From Chrysomallon squamiferum (taxonomy: Eukaryota; Animalia; Mollusca): a stretch of DNA of 64,000 nucleotides. Position 1 is the first letter of the stretch. Every line of letters starts with the position of its first letter. Positions 1 through 11,719 of the stretch are shown here, piece after piece. Location: NCBI GenBank assembly GCA_012295275.1, contig CM022666.1:4836001-4900000 (forward strand), given 5' to 3'. Both the position numbers and the translations under genes were made by a program. Under the pieces are notes generated by a model. That model searched no databases, was not told the origin of the DNA, and was given only the letters and a program-made list of their open reading frames with translations.

Positions 1-239
1 TTGCTTTATAAAATAAAACTTAAATCATGTCGCTGACTGGTGTAGAAGCGAAAAGTGAGCTGAAAAATGATCTCATTAATTTTACTTGATATTACAACAA
101 CATGTATTACATACATTACATATTCACTGTACAAATAAAAGCCATTATGCATGGAGTATTCATTATCATTTAACATTAATTATATTTACAACATCCACAG
201 ATGTACATGTTTAGGATATCAACTGTTCAAAAATATCTT

Positions 240-700
240 TTTACATAGAACATCCATTGTGTACAGAACATCTACCATACAAGAACATTCACTGTACACT
301 GAACATTCACTGTACTTGAGCACCCAAAGTACAGTCTACATAGAACATCTGTACAAGATCATCTTTTTACACAGGACATAGACTGTAGAACAGTCACTGT
401 ATACAGAACATCTACTGCAGAACAACGCGTACTGTACTTAGAACAGTAGAGCATCTACTGCACAAAGAATATCCAGTGTACAAGAACATCTATTGTACAT
501 AGAACATCTATTGTATAATGTGAGTAAAACCTAAAATAATAGTAAATAAAACCTGAAGCAGAGTTCATCTTTTGTGAATGATGAGGTTGACAGTAAAACT
601 TTGAATGATGATGTTAACAATACAATTCTGAATGATGATGGTGACAATGAAATTCTGAATGATGATGCAGACAATGTAATTCTGAATGATGATGTAGGAT
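240..700. repeat. Degenerate ~16-17 bp satellite (AGAACATCYAYTGTAC-like) followed by ~24-bp AATTCTGAATGATGATG repeats; recurring module of the duplicated block
   Basis: Repeated gaacatct/ccactgtac motifs; paralogous tracts at ~12990-13500, ~32310-33070, ~47380-47900, ~57020-57530. Confidence 0.75.
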
Positions 701-752
701 AATGGCCATGACAGTCTTTGTGTTTACTTATGATCCACGTTTATTTTCATTC

Positions 753-801
<49 letters not shown>

Positions 802-1041
802 TTACGGAAATGAAAAGTCTTCTTCTGACACAACTAAATTCCTCATTTATCTTATAGATTATGAATTCAAATCTCTGTATGCATACACGCGTAATATTTC
901 ACAGAATCTGATGTCACTGTGAATATAAGACAATTGATATCAAATGAGATTTTTCAGGTGTGTGTGTTCGCCGATCTGTTTGATATGTCCTGAAGGAAAT
1001 ATTAGAATGTAATGTTTTTTAGGTTTTAAGTAAATTTCTTT

Positions 1042-1435
1042 TCATGAATCTTTCATTGTCTGATCCTCGCTGGTTTCAAAAATTATTCTTAGCCTGACAA
1101 AACCAGATCTGTTAAAAGATGAAAAGAGAGAAAGTAAAGAAATGAATTAATTTCATGAGGTAAGTTTAGTTAACGTGTATATATATGAAAGAAATTAAAA
1201 ATATTTATATATCATTTATTAATTAATAATTAATAAGGATAAGGAATTAAATAATAACAACAGTAAATTAAATAAATAAAACTATACACAACAAATGTTG
1301 ATTAATTAATTTAAAAATCAATAGTTTAACTAATAATAATAACAATAAAGTAACTATTTAATGATCAGAAACCAAATAAATAATTAAATAAATAAATAAA
1401 ATAATTAAATCAACAACAATAATAATAGTAAAATA

Positions 1436-1501
<66 letters not shown>

Positions 1502-2858
1502 CAACATCAATTTACTTAAAACTGTGCAGAATAATATTTTTATATTTATCAGTGCATATATCTGTTATATTGTGAAAAGAGATATTATTTGCAATTGAAA
1601 TTAAAAGAAAAAATATTCGAGACACCATCTTAGACAGAAATAATTTACCTTCTTATGTAGATCCATAAAACCGAACCAAACAGTTCCTTGAGCACCACAA
1701 TGGACAAAAATACAACAACAATTTGAGCTGTATCCATGACGATGCGCCTGGCTGCAGCGAGTAAAGCGTCAAGTTGGTTTTCTACAATGTCTGGTCTCTC
1801 CGTCCTGTGAAAGTAAATTGTAAAAACAGATAATTAAAATTTAAACAAATATAAGACAAAATATTACTTCAAGTAGTGTTTTTAAGGTTATTAAACGCAC
1901 TCAGATATGTACAAATTATATTTGATAAAATAATTTGTCATGACTGGTTAAATTCTTTCATTTTCTGTTTTTTCATCTTCTTTATTCTTCTTCTCTACTC
2001 TTTCTTTCTCACTCTCTCTGTCTGTCTCTCTGTCTCCTTTTCAGTCTCTCTGTCTCTCTTTCTGTCTCTTTCAGTCTCTCTCTGTTTCTCTCAGTCTCTC
2101 GTTCTTTCTCTGTCTCTCTCTGTCTGCCTCTGTCTCCATTTGTCTGTCTCTATCGCTCTCTCTCTCTCTCTCTGTCTCTCTCTATGTCTCTCTTTCGGTC
2201 TCTCTTTCTCTCTCTGCCTCAGTCTGTCTCTCTCTCACTCTCTCTGTTTCTCTCTCTTTCTCTCTGTCTCTCTTTTTTTCTCTGTCTCAGTCTGTCTCTC
2301 TCTCACTCTCTCAGTCTGTTTCTCTGTCTCTCTCTGTCTCTGCCTCTCTCACTCTCTCTGTCTCTCTCTGTATCTCTCTCACTTTCTTTCTGTCTCTCTT
2401 GCTCTCTCTCTGTGTCTCTGTCTCTCTCACATTCTCTTTTTGTCTCTCTCTGTCTCGCTCGCTGTCTCGCTCTCTTTCTGTCTCTCTCTGTCTTTCTGTC
2501 TTTCTGTGTCTCTCACTGTCTCTCTCTATCTGTCTCTCTTTCTCTCTCTCACTGTCTCTCTGTCTCACTCTCTTTCTCTCTCTCTGTCCCTCTCTGTCTC
2601 TCTCTTTGTATCTCTCTCTCTCTCTGTCTCTCTCTTTGTCTGTCTGTCTCTATCTCTGTCTGTCTCTCTCTCTTTTTGTCTGTCTCTCTCTTTGTCTTTC
2701 TGTCTCTCTCTGTCTCTCTCTGTCACTCTCTATCTCTCTTTGTCTCTCTCTCTCTCTTTCTCACTGTCTCTGTCTCTCTCTCAGTCTCTCTTTCTCTGTC
2801 TCTTTCTGTTTCTCACTCTTTCTCCCTCTTTCTCTCTTTCTCTCTTTCTCTCTTTCTC

Positions 2859-2938
<80 letters not shown>

Positions 2939-3747
2939 GTAATCACCTTTTATAAAACTTGGGCCACACTGGATTAAGCTGACATCCAGTCGCTGAGATG
3001 ACGTACTCCCGCTGCTGTTTGCTTCCCTCTACAGTGCAGTTGATGTCCATGCGGAGGTTCACCAAGTAGGTGCAGTACGTCTCGTTGTGTACAAACTGCA
3101 GTGTTGTCAGCTGCTGCTGGTGTAGTTGCAGTGCACGTTCATGACGTTCTAAATACGCTGCCATCCAGCTCTGGTACAAAGGAAGTTCCACTGTGTTTAT
3201 TTGTTCTGCATGAGAAACAAGTCGACTGTTGATCATTTCAGCTTGGAGGTCTATGAATCCGTTCTGAAATTTAAAAAAGACATATATTCAGATACACTGT
3301 ATATTATACATCACAGTATGTCAGTTTCATAATATCATATACTGAATACATTGTATTTGGTATACTGAATCTTTAATATTACATCCTTTGATTTGTAAAT
3401 TACAGGATACATACAGAATTGTAATGATCTTTAAGGTTACCATACTGGAATAGTACTGTATGCCTGGATATATAAATTACATGGTATGTACTGTGTTGGA
3501 ACAAACCTGTACTCCTGGATGTTCAAATTACATCATTTTGTAACAAAAAAAGAAGTATGACAATTTTAAAATTATTTAAAAATAAATAAATAAACTCCCA
3601 GACAGCTCTTACCATATCATAATGGAGACCCAGTCTGTTGAAACTTTGTTTGGTTAGTACAACCTCTGACACGTGTACACTTCCATAAACAAGGAGACAC
3701 ACAACTACAGTGACAACAGCATTTGGGATAAACAGTGTTTGGACTAC
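1042..3747 (-). CDS. C-terminal four exons of an unidentified multi-pass membrane protein (intact in this copy)
   Basis: GT-AG exons Y 3747-3613 (VVQTLFIPNAVVTVVVCLLVYGSVHVSEVVLTKQSFNRLGLHYDM), Z 3263-2947 (NGFIDLQAEMINSRL...NETYCTYL...INCT...GCQLNPVWPKFYK), W 1804-1649 (TERPDIVENQLDALLAAARRIVMDTAQIVVVFLSIVVLKELFGSVLWIYIR), V 1108-1042 (SGFVRLRIIFETSEDQTMKDS*). Phases 0/0/2/2 are compatible, there are no internal stops, and the exons recur as conserved islands in other copies. Confidence 0.75.
1985..2936. repeat. Degenerate (CT)n/(CTGT)n microsatellite in the Z-W intron
   Basis: ~950 bp pyrimidine tract ending in perfect (CT)n; the paralogous intron at 33890-33972 has only a short tract. Confidence 0.95.
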
Positions 3748-4049
3748 CTGGATGAAAAATAAAATTAAAAGAAAATATTAACTGTCAAAAAATTTCATCA
3801 ACAGCAATAATTACAATAACAATAACAGTAAAAATCATAAAAATAAAATAATAATAATAATAATAATGGTAGTAGTAGTAGTAGTAATAATTAATAATAA
3901 TAATAATAATAACAATAATGATCATTGTTTGAGGTAATGGTCCTTAAGTATGAAAGAGTTATCTTCCTTAATATTCTCTGTCTAGTCTACTGCACTGTTA
4001 TAAACAAATATATATATATGAACAGTAGGCTCACACTAATATTTATGTA

Positions 4050-4720
4050 TTAATACAGATGCAAACAAACATTCACAGACATGGACATATACGCATGGAT
4101 ACACACAGAAACATACACAGACAAATATGTGTATAGACATATATAGACACATACATAGACACACACATGAACACATACAAATACATGTACATATAGAGAC
4201 ATACATATAGACATATATGCACACACATACACACACACATATACATACGGACCCAGACACATACACACACATGGATATACAAACATACATACAGCAATAC
4301 ATATACATACACACATATATATATATACAAACATATGCATATACACAGGCATCCAGATATACTACACACAAAGACATATTCAGATATATATATATACATA
4401 CATATACACACATAAATACAGATACAGAGAGACACACACAGACATCTACATATACATACAGACACATACATATATACACTAACATATAGACACAGAAATA
4501 CACTGAATACACATGCCTGCTGTAAAACAACAATAAAAATGAGTTGTTACCTAGGATTAACCTACTTGAGTGTAGAATTATCTTTCAAGTACAAACATGC
4601 AAGCACATAGAGACAGACACACAGATACCTACAATTACATGCACAAACATGCACACGAACACCATGTGCACATGCAAGTATACACATACACACAAACATA
4701 CATTCACACATTGCAAAGCA
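4050..4720. repeat. Degenerate (CA/TA)n low-complexity tract in the X-Y intron
   Basis: Alternating purine-pyrimidine repeats; source of spurious VCVY/HTHT ORFs. Confidence 0.85.
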
Positions 4721-4743
4721 ATACCTATAATTTCAAAGCACAC

Positions 4744-4814
4744 CTGTACGGAGACAGGTAAACTTAAAGATCTTTTTCCAGACGACGTCCATTTGATCAA
4801 AGGTTTTGGATACT
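4744..4814 (-). CDS. Chimeric exon: start of the TNF-domain exon fused to the 3' end of membrane-protein exon X
   Basis: ttttcag acceptor, then (A)AG TAT CCA AAA CCT TTG ATC AAA TGG ACG TCG TCT GGA AAA AGA TCT (KYPKPLIKWTSSGKRS, TNF exon 4) running into TTA AGT TTA CCT GTC TCC GTA CAG|gtgtgc (LSLPVSVQ; matches exon X ends at 16170 and ~49635). Length 71 nt, phase 1 in and phase 0 out. Confidence 0.65.
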
Positions 4815-5303
4815 CTGAAAAGTTTGTAAGAAGAAATTATTTTTAAATATTATTTCTATTTTAAATTGTCAACAGTTGTAGTTAATATTACTAATATATT
4901 TCTATAACTACGACAAACTCCTGCTGTTGACTACTTTAGTACAACTATCGTGCTAATACTATTATTAGTGTTATCACAATTTCTTCTATTATTTCCTAAC
5001 CACTACTAATAACTATGTGATTACTACTACTACTACTTTTACCAGATCAACTACTACTATTACTAGAAAATAATAGTAGAAATTGTGATAACAATAATAC
5101 TAGAAATGCTACTAGTAATAATATCAGTTATTGTGGTAAAGTAGTTAATAGCGGAAGTTTGTAGTTCTAGAAATATATCAGTAATACTAACTACAAATGT
5201 TCACAATTTAAAATAAAAATATTATTTAAAAATAATTTCTTCTTACAAACTTTTGAGACACACCGAACCCTTTGATCAAATGGACGTCGTCTGGTAAAAG
5301 ATC
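4769..5303. repeat. Imperfect foldback inverted repeat (arms ~4769-4998 and ~5064-5303, spacer ~65 bp)
   Basis: gatctttttccagacgacgtccatttgatcaaagg... is the reverse complement of ...cctttgatcaaatggacgtcgtctggtaaaagatc; homology continues through the TNF intron-3 sequence. Confidence 0.9.
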
Positions 5304-5646
5304 GTTTGTGAAGGGAGCTGCAGCTGTTGTCGCTGACGGGATTCAAGTCAAAGAAGCTGATTACTACTTCATATACAGCAACGTTTTATTCCATGACAAC
5401 CAAATGAGAGAGCTAGAATACGCTAGGCTGTGTCACTCAATTGAAATATATCCAAATTATGAAGTCCTCTACAGAAATTCTCAAACAACATGCAAAGTAC
5501 GAGGAGACAAGGAAGGTTTTGTTCCTTCCTACATTGGAGCTGTCTACTACCTGAAAGCCAATGACATTGTAGTGGTGAGAACATCAGATGTGAACAGAAT
5601 TTTGAGAGAATCTGAGGCCACCTACTTCGGTCTGTATACGTTGTAA
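5258..5646 (+). CDS. Inverted terminal exon of TNF-ligand copy A (complete TNF homology domain exon), followed by paralogous 3' UTR to ~6430
   Basis: 389 nt, same length as exon 4 in copies B/D/E; WTSSGKRSFVKG...GIQVKEADYYFIYSNVLF...SYIGAVYYLKANDIVVVRT...TYFGLYTL* has the THD beta-strand motifs; acceptor is ttttgag; 5646-6430 is the reverse complement of ~51815-52670. Confidence 0.85.
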
Positions 5647-5975
5647 AATTGTTTCGAGAGGCCTCACTTATAACTGTTAATATATAATTTGTTTCAGCTT
5701 TCATAGAAAGACAGTACTAATATTTTATTACAACTTTATCATGAAACGTTTATATAAGGCATTTTTTCATCTTCCTTTATAAATCTTGTTTGGGGACATT
5801 TTGATTATTATTGTTATTATTATTATTATTATTATTACTGTGGTCGGTTGTTTATGATTGGATCAGCCTATATAGTCTTCAGTGGAATTATAAAAGAAAA
5901 GAAAATGGCTGTGATACTATTGTTTTGAATTATTGTAAATTAGTTTTGTTATTACTATTACTTTATTACTTTACT

Positions 5976-6011
<36 letters not shown>

Positions 6012-6479
6012 TTATTATTTAAAACATTTTTGATACTCTAATTGAATTCTTGCCAGTATTTTAAATAACAACGTATTAATACTAATGCAATATTACAGTA
6101 TTACTAATAGGCTGCTATTATTATTATCAATGCAATATCACAGTATTACAATAGACTGTTAATACTGTTATAAATTCAGTTTCACAATATTAATTACATA
6201 TTGTTGTTATTCTTATTAATGCATTATTATTGCTATAAATAAATACCTTTACTTTAAAACAAAAAAAATGAAATGCTAGTCGGTTTTCTAACAACGCAAT
6301 AACTAGGTTAAGAACGCCATTTGCAATACAACGAATGCAATCATAACACTATATGTTGAAGATGTGTGTGTGTGTGTGGAAGTGTGTGTGTGTGGGTGAT
6401 TTTTAAGATTATTTATTTATTTTTATAACAATATATTGATCATTCAGGTTTTAGTTAATCAGATGTTAATGGCTGAAAA

Positions 6480-6940
6480 GGTGTTATTTTCATGTATGTG
6501 CATTTTTTAAATCTATATATTGTGGCTAAACCAAAAATATTACACCCAGGAAACTTTTATATGTTTTAGTTAACATGTGGGAGATTAAATTTCAATAAAG
6601 GTCAGCTCAAGGTCACGTGATCTACACGGTTAATTTCAAGGTCATAACAAAGGTCAAAAGGTAAATGTACCCCAATATTTGGAATCCTTGTCATATTGTC
6701 TTTTCAACAATACCAATTTTATGAAGATTGGCCCAGTAGTTCCTGAGATATGAGGGTTCAAAGGTTGGTGGTCACGCCCATTTTTGCCAAAAATCTCAAA
6801 ATTTGGAGGGGCCTTATCTCCCACACCACTGATCTGATTGGGCTAAAATTTTGGTGCTGTGGGATCCCAGTCAACAAGTATACCAAGTTTTATAAAAATC
6901 TGAGACAGTCGGGTGTAAATTTCTTTTTTTGGGGGGTGAT
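6480..6940. mobile_element. Putative non-autonomous repeat insertion at the distal breakpoint of the inverted segment
   Basis: Higher-complexity segment with repeated (T)CAAGGTCA motifs, absent from the paralogous intron 3 of copies B, D and E; family not identified. Confidence 0.4.
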
Positions 6941-6952
6941 TTGACTACTATT

Positions 6953-6988
<36 letters not shown>

Positions 6989-7136
6989 CACTACTACTAC
7001 CACTACCACTACTACTACCACTACTACTACTACTCTACTGTTACTACTACTCGTACTAGTTCTACTACTACTACTATTATTACTAGTACTCTACTACTAC
7101 TTCTACTATTACTACTACTACTATTTCTTGTCTTAC

Positions 7137-7274
7137 TTTTGTCATATGTTGCATTCACTTCCATTTGTAGATGAGCCGATGTCTTCACTTTGTTTTTATT
7201 ATTCAGATTGTAAGCAACCTCTCTGATCTGTTTAAGTTTTTGTTCTGAAATATATAATTATATATGCAGACACT

Positions 7275-7324
<50 letters not shown>

Positions 7325-8330
7325 CACTGATACATGTATAAATACATTGATACATATGTACATAGACTCGTACACATACTGATATTATCTAAATTCAGAA
7401 GATCAGCGACATCTCTGATCTGCTTAAATGTTTTTCTGAAACACACACACACACATACACACGTATACATGCGTACATAAAATCGTACACACATACATAC
7501 ATACAAATACATAATTATAAAAGCGTTTGTAGATATTTAAATATGTGTGTTTGTGTTAACTTAGCACTTTTCTCCGCTTTTGTTTCACTTTCAGTCAGTT
7601 TCTAAAAAGAATATTAATAACCATTTTGAAGCTCTTCAACAATAATCACTTTTAAATTGATAAATATATTTCAGGACGATGAATATCTCCTTTTCATAAT
7701 TTCAATATTATTAAACGTATATAAATCTCTTTTTTTAATTTCATTTATAATAGATGAATTTAACTTTTTTTAATATCTTTATACAGAATTTACCTCTATC
7801 TTAATTTCATATCTACATAACACTATTTTCTCTTTGTCTTTCTTTTATTCTGTTTTATTTTATTTTATTTTTTTTTTTAATTTTTATTTACAATGAATAT
7901 AAATTTGTTCTATTTTTATACAGAACTTACCTATATCTTAATTACATACCCAAATTTTATTTTATTTTATTTTATTTTATTTTATTTTATTTTATTTTAT
8001 TTTATTTTATTTATTTATTGTATATAATGTATTTATGGAATGTTTCTCGGAATTGAATACATTATTTACCTTTTTCATAATTTCACTGATCACTTTTTCT
8101 CCATCTCTGTAACAGCAATACGTGGCATTCTTCCTGGTTTTCTTCGTAGATTTGCCACCACAACAGTTTTCTCCTGGTTTGCACGAGATTTTCACACACA
8201 GTTCCTGATCAAACAACAAGCTGGTTTCTCTGTTCAGAAATTCTTTTAATGTTACAGATACAATGACACTGATGAGTGTCAAGTTTAGTACCATAATAGA
8301 AATGGCTATGACTGGACGAATTGGTACCAT
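7137..8330 (-). pseudogene. TNF-ligand copy A, exons 1-3 (signal anchor, Cys-rich stalk, start of THD); rearranged and possibly chimeric
   Basis: E1 8330-8070 (87 codons, MVPIRPVIAISIMVLNLTLISVIVSVTL...EIMKK|gt); E2 7601-7565 (KLTESETKAEKS) with donor changed GT->CT at 7564; E3 7244-7137 (EQKLKQIREVAYNLNNKNKVKTSAHLQMEVNATYDK|gt); no complete same-strand exon 4. Confidence 0.8.
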
Positions 8331-9910
8331 TTTGTGTAACAACTTTTAATTCCTTTAGAAGTGGTCTGTAAAACATGACCATAAATAAAAACAATTGTGA
8401 GGAGTAATAAATAATACCAAGATAAATACGCACATGCAATATACACACTTATATATAACATTATTCCAGCACACAAAAACAACAAAAACAAAAAAAATTA
8501 ACTTGTGTAAATAAACAACTGTTTTAAGAATGGTTAAATAAATAAATAAAATAATAACTATTACCAAGATAAATTCACACACAGTACACACACGTACATA
8601 TACTTGTATATAACATTCCTTCAAAGAAAAAAAAAATTAAAATAAATAATACCAAGATATAATTACATCGATAATGTTCCTGTGTGAGGTAAAAAAAAAA
8701 AAAAAATAAAAAAAAATAAATAAAATGCCACACTTGATTTATCAGTTTTCAGTGGATGCCTGGTAAACCACTGTGTACAAATACCCACCACTGAAATCCA
8801 ATATGACAACACAGCGATGTCTAATGGAGCAGATAATCCTCCTGATGTAAACCTTGGACACGTGATACCACAAAGTTTGTCTCCAATTGCTGAAGAATGT
8901 AAAGAGGAGAGTTTCTCAATCGAAGTTATTTATATCACTGGAAAGACGTGGAAATTTAAAAATAATAATAATAATAAAGATCTTTTTTCTCTCAACAAAA
9001 ATAGGGAAAGTGTGACGGTAGATTGGCAATCAAAGACATAACTTCTAAGAATGAAAACAATGTAAAAAAATTACAGTAACAGAAAAACAGCTTGAGGTAA
9101 CATAATGTGTCAAAGCGCAATAAACATTCAGTGCCCTGAAGTGGAATAAATATGCAAACAGGTGGTAATATTGTGATCACGTGACTAATGAAGGCGATGA
9201 ACAAAAACGAACACAGCACTCGGTGAACTCGGGTAGGGCTTAATGGCGGAAAGTTCGGTGTTCTCGTAGAGCAGCAGACATCAGATTTCACAAGCAAGAA
9301 GGAAAATACCTTGACTAAACTACTGTCAAAGTTTGAATAACACATTTAATCACCTTCGTAGGCAGATCGTCTGGTTCTTGAAACACTTATGTAGAAACAT
9401 TTACTCGGATGAAAACAGAACTTGAGGTAATGTTCTCTTTATCCGTTCCTAAAACTTCGCGTTGTTGGTTTAGTGCAAAGGCAGAAAAAACCTGTCAAAG
9501 CTTGCCAGGGCCTCATTCTACATATCCGCTCTGTTTGCTGATATTGTATCGTCCTCTAAAGATCACGTCCAGGGCTGGTTTCCTCTGAGTGACAGAAATT
9601 CAAACTGTCGTGAACGTTATTGTTTATAGATCGCAACGTGAATCTGGTAACTCAGTTTTCCTGCTTTATAACCATAGAACTGTTACATTAAGATGCCAGT
9701 GGCACGACTTGCACGTGTATTTTGCAGATTTTCGAGATACCAGCGAAATAAATGAGTGCTGTATTTTCTGTGGCTGTTATTATTCTTACCTGCCAACGCA
9801 TGTGTTAGATACTTATCGACCTTACGGCGATGTTTTGTTTTTTCAAGTTGATGTAATATCACTTAATATTATACAAGTGAAATTAGGGCGTGGAAAAATC
9901 CTAAACAGCA

Positions 9911-10137
9911 AAGTGAATTTATAATTTTATATATATATATATATAACCTATGAAATAAGTGAAATTATAATTTTATTTAATTAATATAACCTATGAAATA
10001 AGTGAAATTATAATTTTATATAAATAAATATAACCTATGAAATAAGTGAAATTATAATTTTATTTAATTAATATAACCTATGAAATAAGTGAAATTATAA
10101 TTTTATATAAATATATATAAAAAATGAAATAAGTAAA
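9911..10137. repeat. ~42-bp AT-rich minisatellite, ~5 copies
   Basis: Unit AACCTATGAAATAAGTGAAATTATAATTTTAT...; shorter paralogs at ~24130-24240 and inverted at ~42190-42260. Confidence 0.9.
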
Positions 10138-10149
10138 ACATTTACATAC

Positions 10150-10306
10150 CTAAATTAGGCTGCCTCTGTGTTGACAATGGAGTGAAGCACGTCTACGCTC
10201 TCTGACAGGCTTCGTTGATTTTTATAGCAGCTACTTTGAGAAGGTCTTATGACGTCGTCGACCTCCTTTCAGAGAATAATAATTTTCTTCGGTAACTGGG
10301 CTTTCC
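10150..10306 (-). promoter_or_regulatory. Putative TATA promoter and non-coding first exon of TNF copy A
   Basis: TATAAAA on minus at 10226-10220; short exon ending at ttag|gtatgt donor (10150); matching acceptor ttttacag ahead of the ATG (exon starts 8365); TGACGTC at 10250-10256; kB-like TGGGCTTTCC at 10297-10306; same layout upstream of copy B. Confidence 0.55.
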
Positions 10307-11169
10307 ACCCAAGATGTATGTAGATATCAGTCAATCGTAGTTGTTGCTTTTGTCGTTATTGTTAAATAAAGAGTACAGCGTAACTCCTATTCCTGTGTCA
10401 ACTAAGCCATAAACAACAAAAGGTAAACATGTAGTCTGTGTATCACGAATAGATATCCTGATGATAAAACGAATCGGAATTCAATAACTTTAGAAAGAAA
10501 ACACGATATCTTAAATGAACACAAAACCCACAATGAGTAGCATATAATTATTTCTTAATCTATTTGTATAAATTCATTTGTAAATGATTTACTGTTTGTT
10601 TAATATCTATTAAATTATTTATTTCTCCTTATTTAAAACAAAAAAAAAATGTTTTATGTGAAATCTCATCAGCGAGAACCACTGTTTTTAACATCAGTTC
10701 TGTGTAAATTAGTCTCCCGCTTAACGATCAGAAATTTGGAACCAATTACATCGTTAAACCGAGGTAATAAAAAAGCAAGACTAAACAAAATAATAACTAA
10801 AATAAGCGGGTAGAATTTGATCAGTGTAGATCACTGCATCGCGTAGATCACACGTCAAAGTATTTGTTTTATTTTTTAACCATTTTTAAAACAAAAAATT
10901 ATTTTGCTTTATTTTTATTTTATTTTACTTGATTTATTTATTTATTTATTTATTTATGTATGTATTTATTTATTTTGTTCCAGTCCGGATTTGTCATCTT
11001 ACACGTAATCGGAATAAATAAGTGTAGTGATCCATTTATTATTGCAGGGCCAGGTATCAAAAATGTGTCAGAAATATTTCACAAAGACATGTTGAAACAT
11101 TACATTGAACAACTACTGGCATCATCAGTTCAGGCAATGACAAAATGTTCACATAAACATGATGGGTCT

Positions 11170-11560
11170 GTTAACTTCCCACTTTTCTCATGCTTTTGTA
11201 TGACTTTCACTCAGTTTCTAAAAAGAATGTTAATAACCACTTTGAAACTCGTCCATAATAATCAATTTTAAACGTACAAATATGTTTCAGGACTGTGAGT
11301 TTCTCCTTTTTATAATTTAAATATTATTAAACGTATATGGATATTTTTTTCTTAATTTCATTTGTAATGAACTTAACTATTTAATATTTTTATATAGAAT
11401 TTACCTGTTTCTACATAAAACTTCTTTTTTTGTTGTTGCATTTAATATATTTATAAAACAGATGAGCACTGAGTTTAGTATTTTATTTTCCTTTAGATAC
11501 AGTCTGTGTCAAACAAGATAAAAATGTTATTAATACCAAGATAAAGACACACACATAAAT
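11170..11560 (-). pseudogene. Deleted TNF-ligand relic 1
   Basis: Exon-2 copy 11217-11180 (1-nt insertion, donor GG), intron-1 sequence, and a ~20-nt exon-1 fragment (gatgagcactgagtttagta) joined to 5' acceptor-region sequence. Confidence 0.7.
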
Positions 11561-11608
11561 AACATTCTTTCAAAAAATAAAAGTAAAATAATAAATAAAA
11601 CCACACAG

Positions 11609-11719
<111 letters not shown>

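Noticed and set aside
1876-2977. Long ORFs of 359, 252 and 192 aa rich in S/L/C/V
   Set aside because: Translations of a (CT)n microsatellite lacking stops; intronic and not conserved in the paralogous intron
4036-4533. ORFs rich in VCVY/HTHT (also 38004-38403, 39060-39329, 45832-46077)
   Set aside because: (CA)n/(TA)n low-complexity repeats
8740-9600. Complex sequence upstream of copy A with short ORFs (8817-9041, 8992-9345), shared with 55210-56065
   Set aside because: No recognisable protein motif, and frames are not preserved between the two copies; left unassigned, within the inferred first intron
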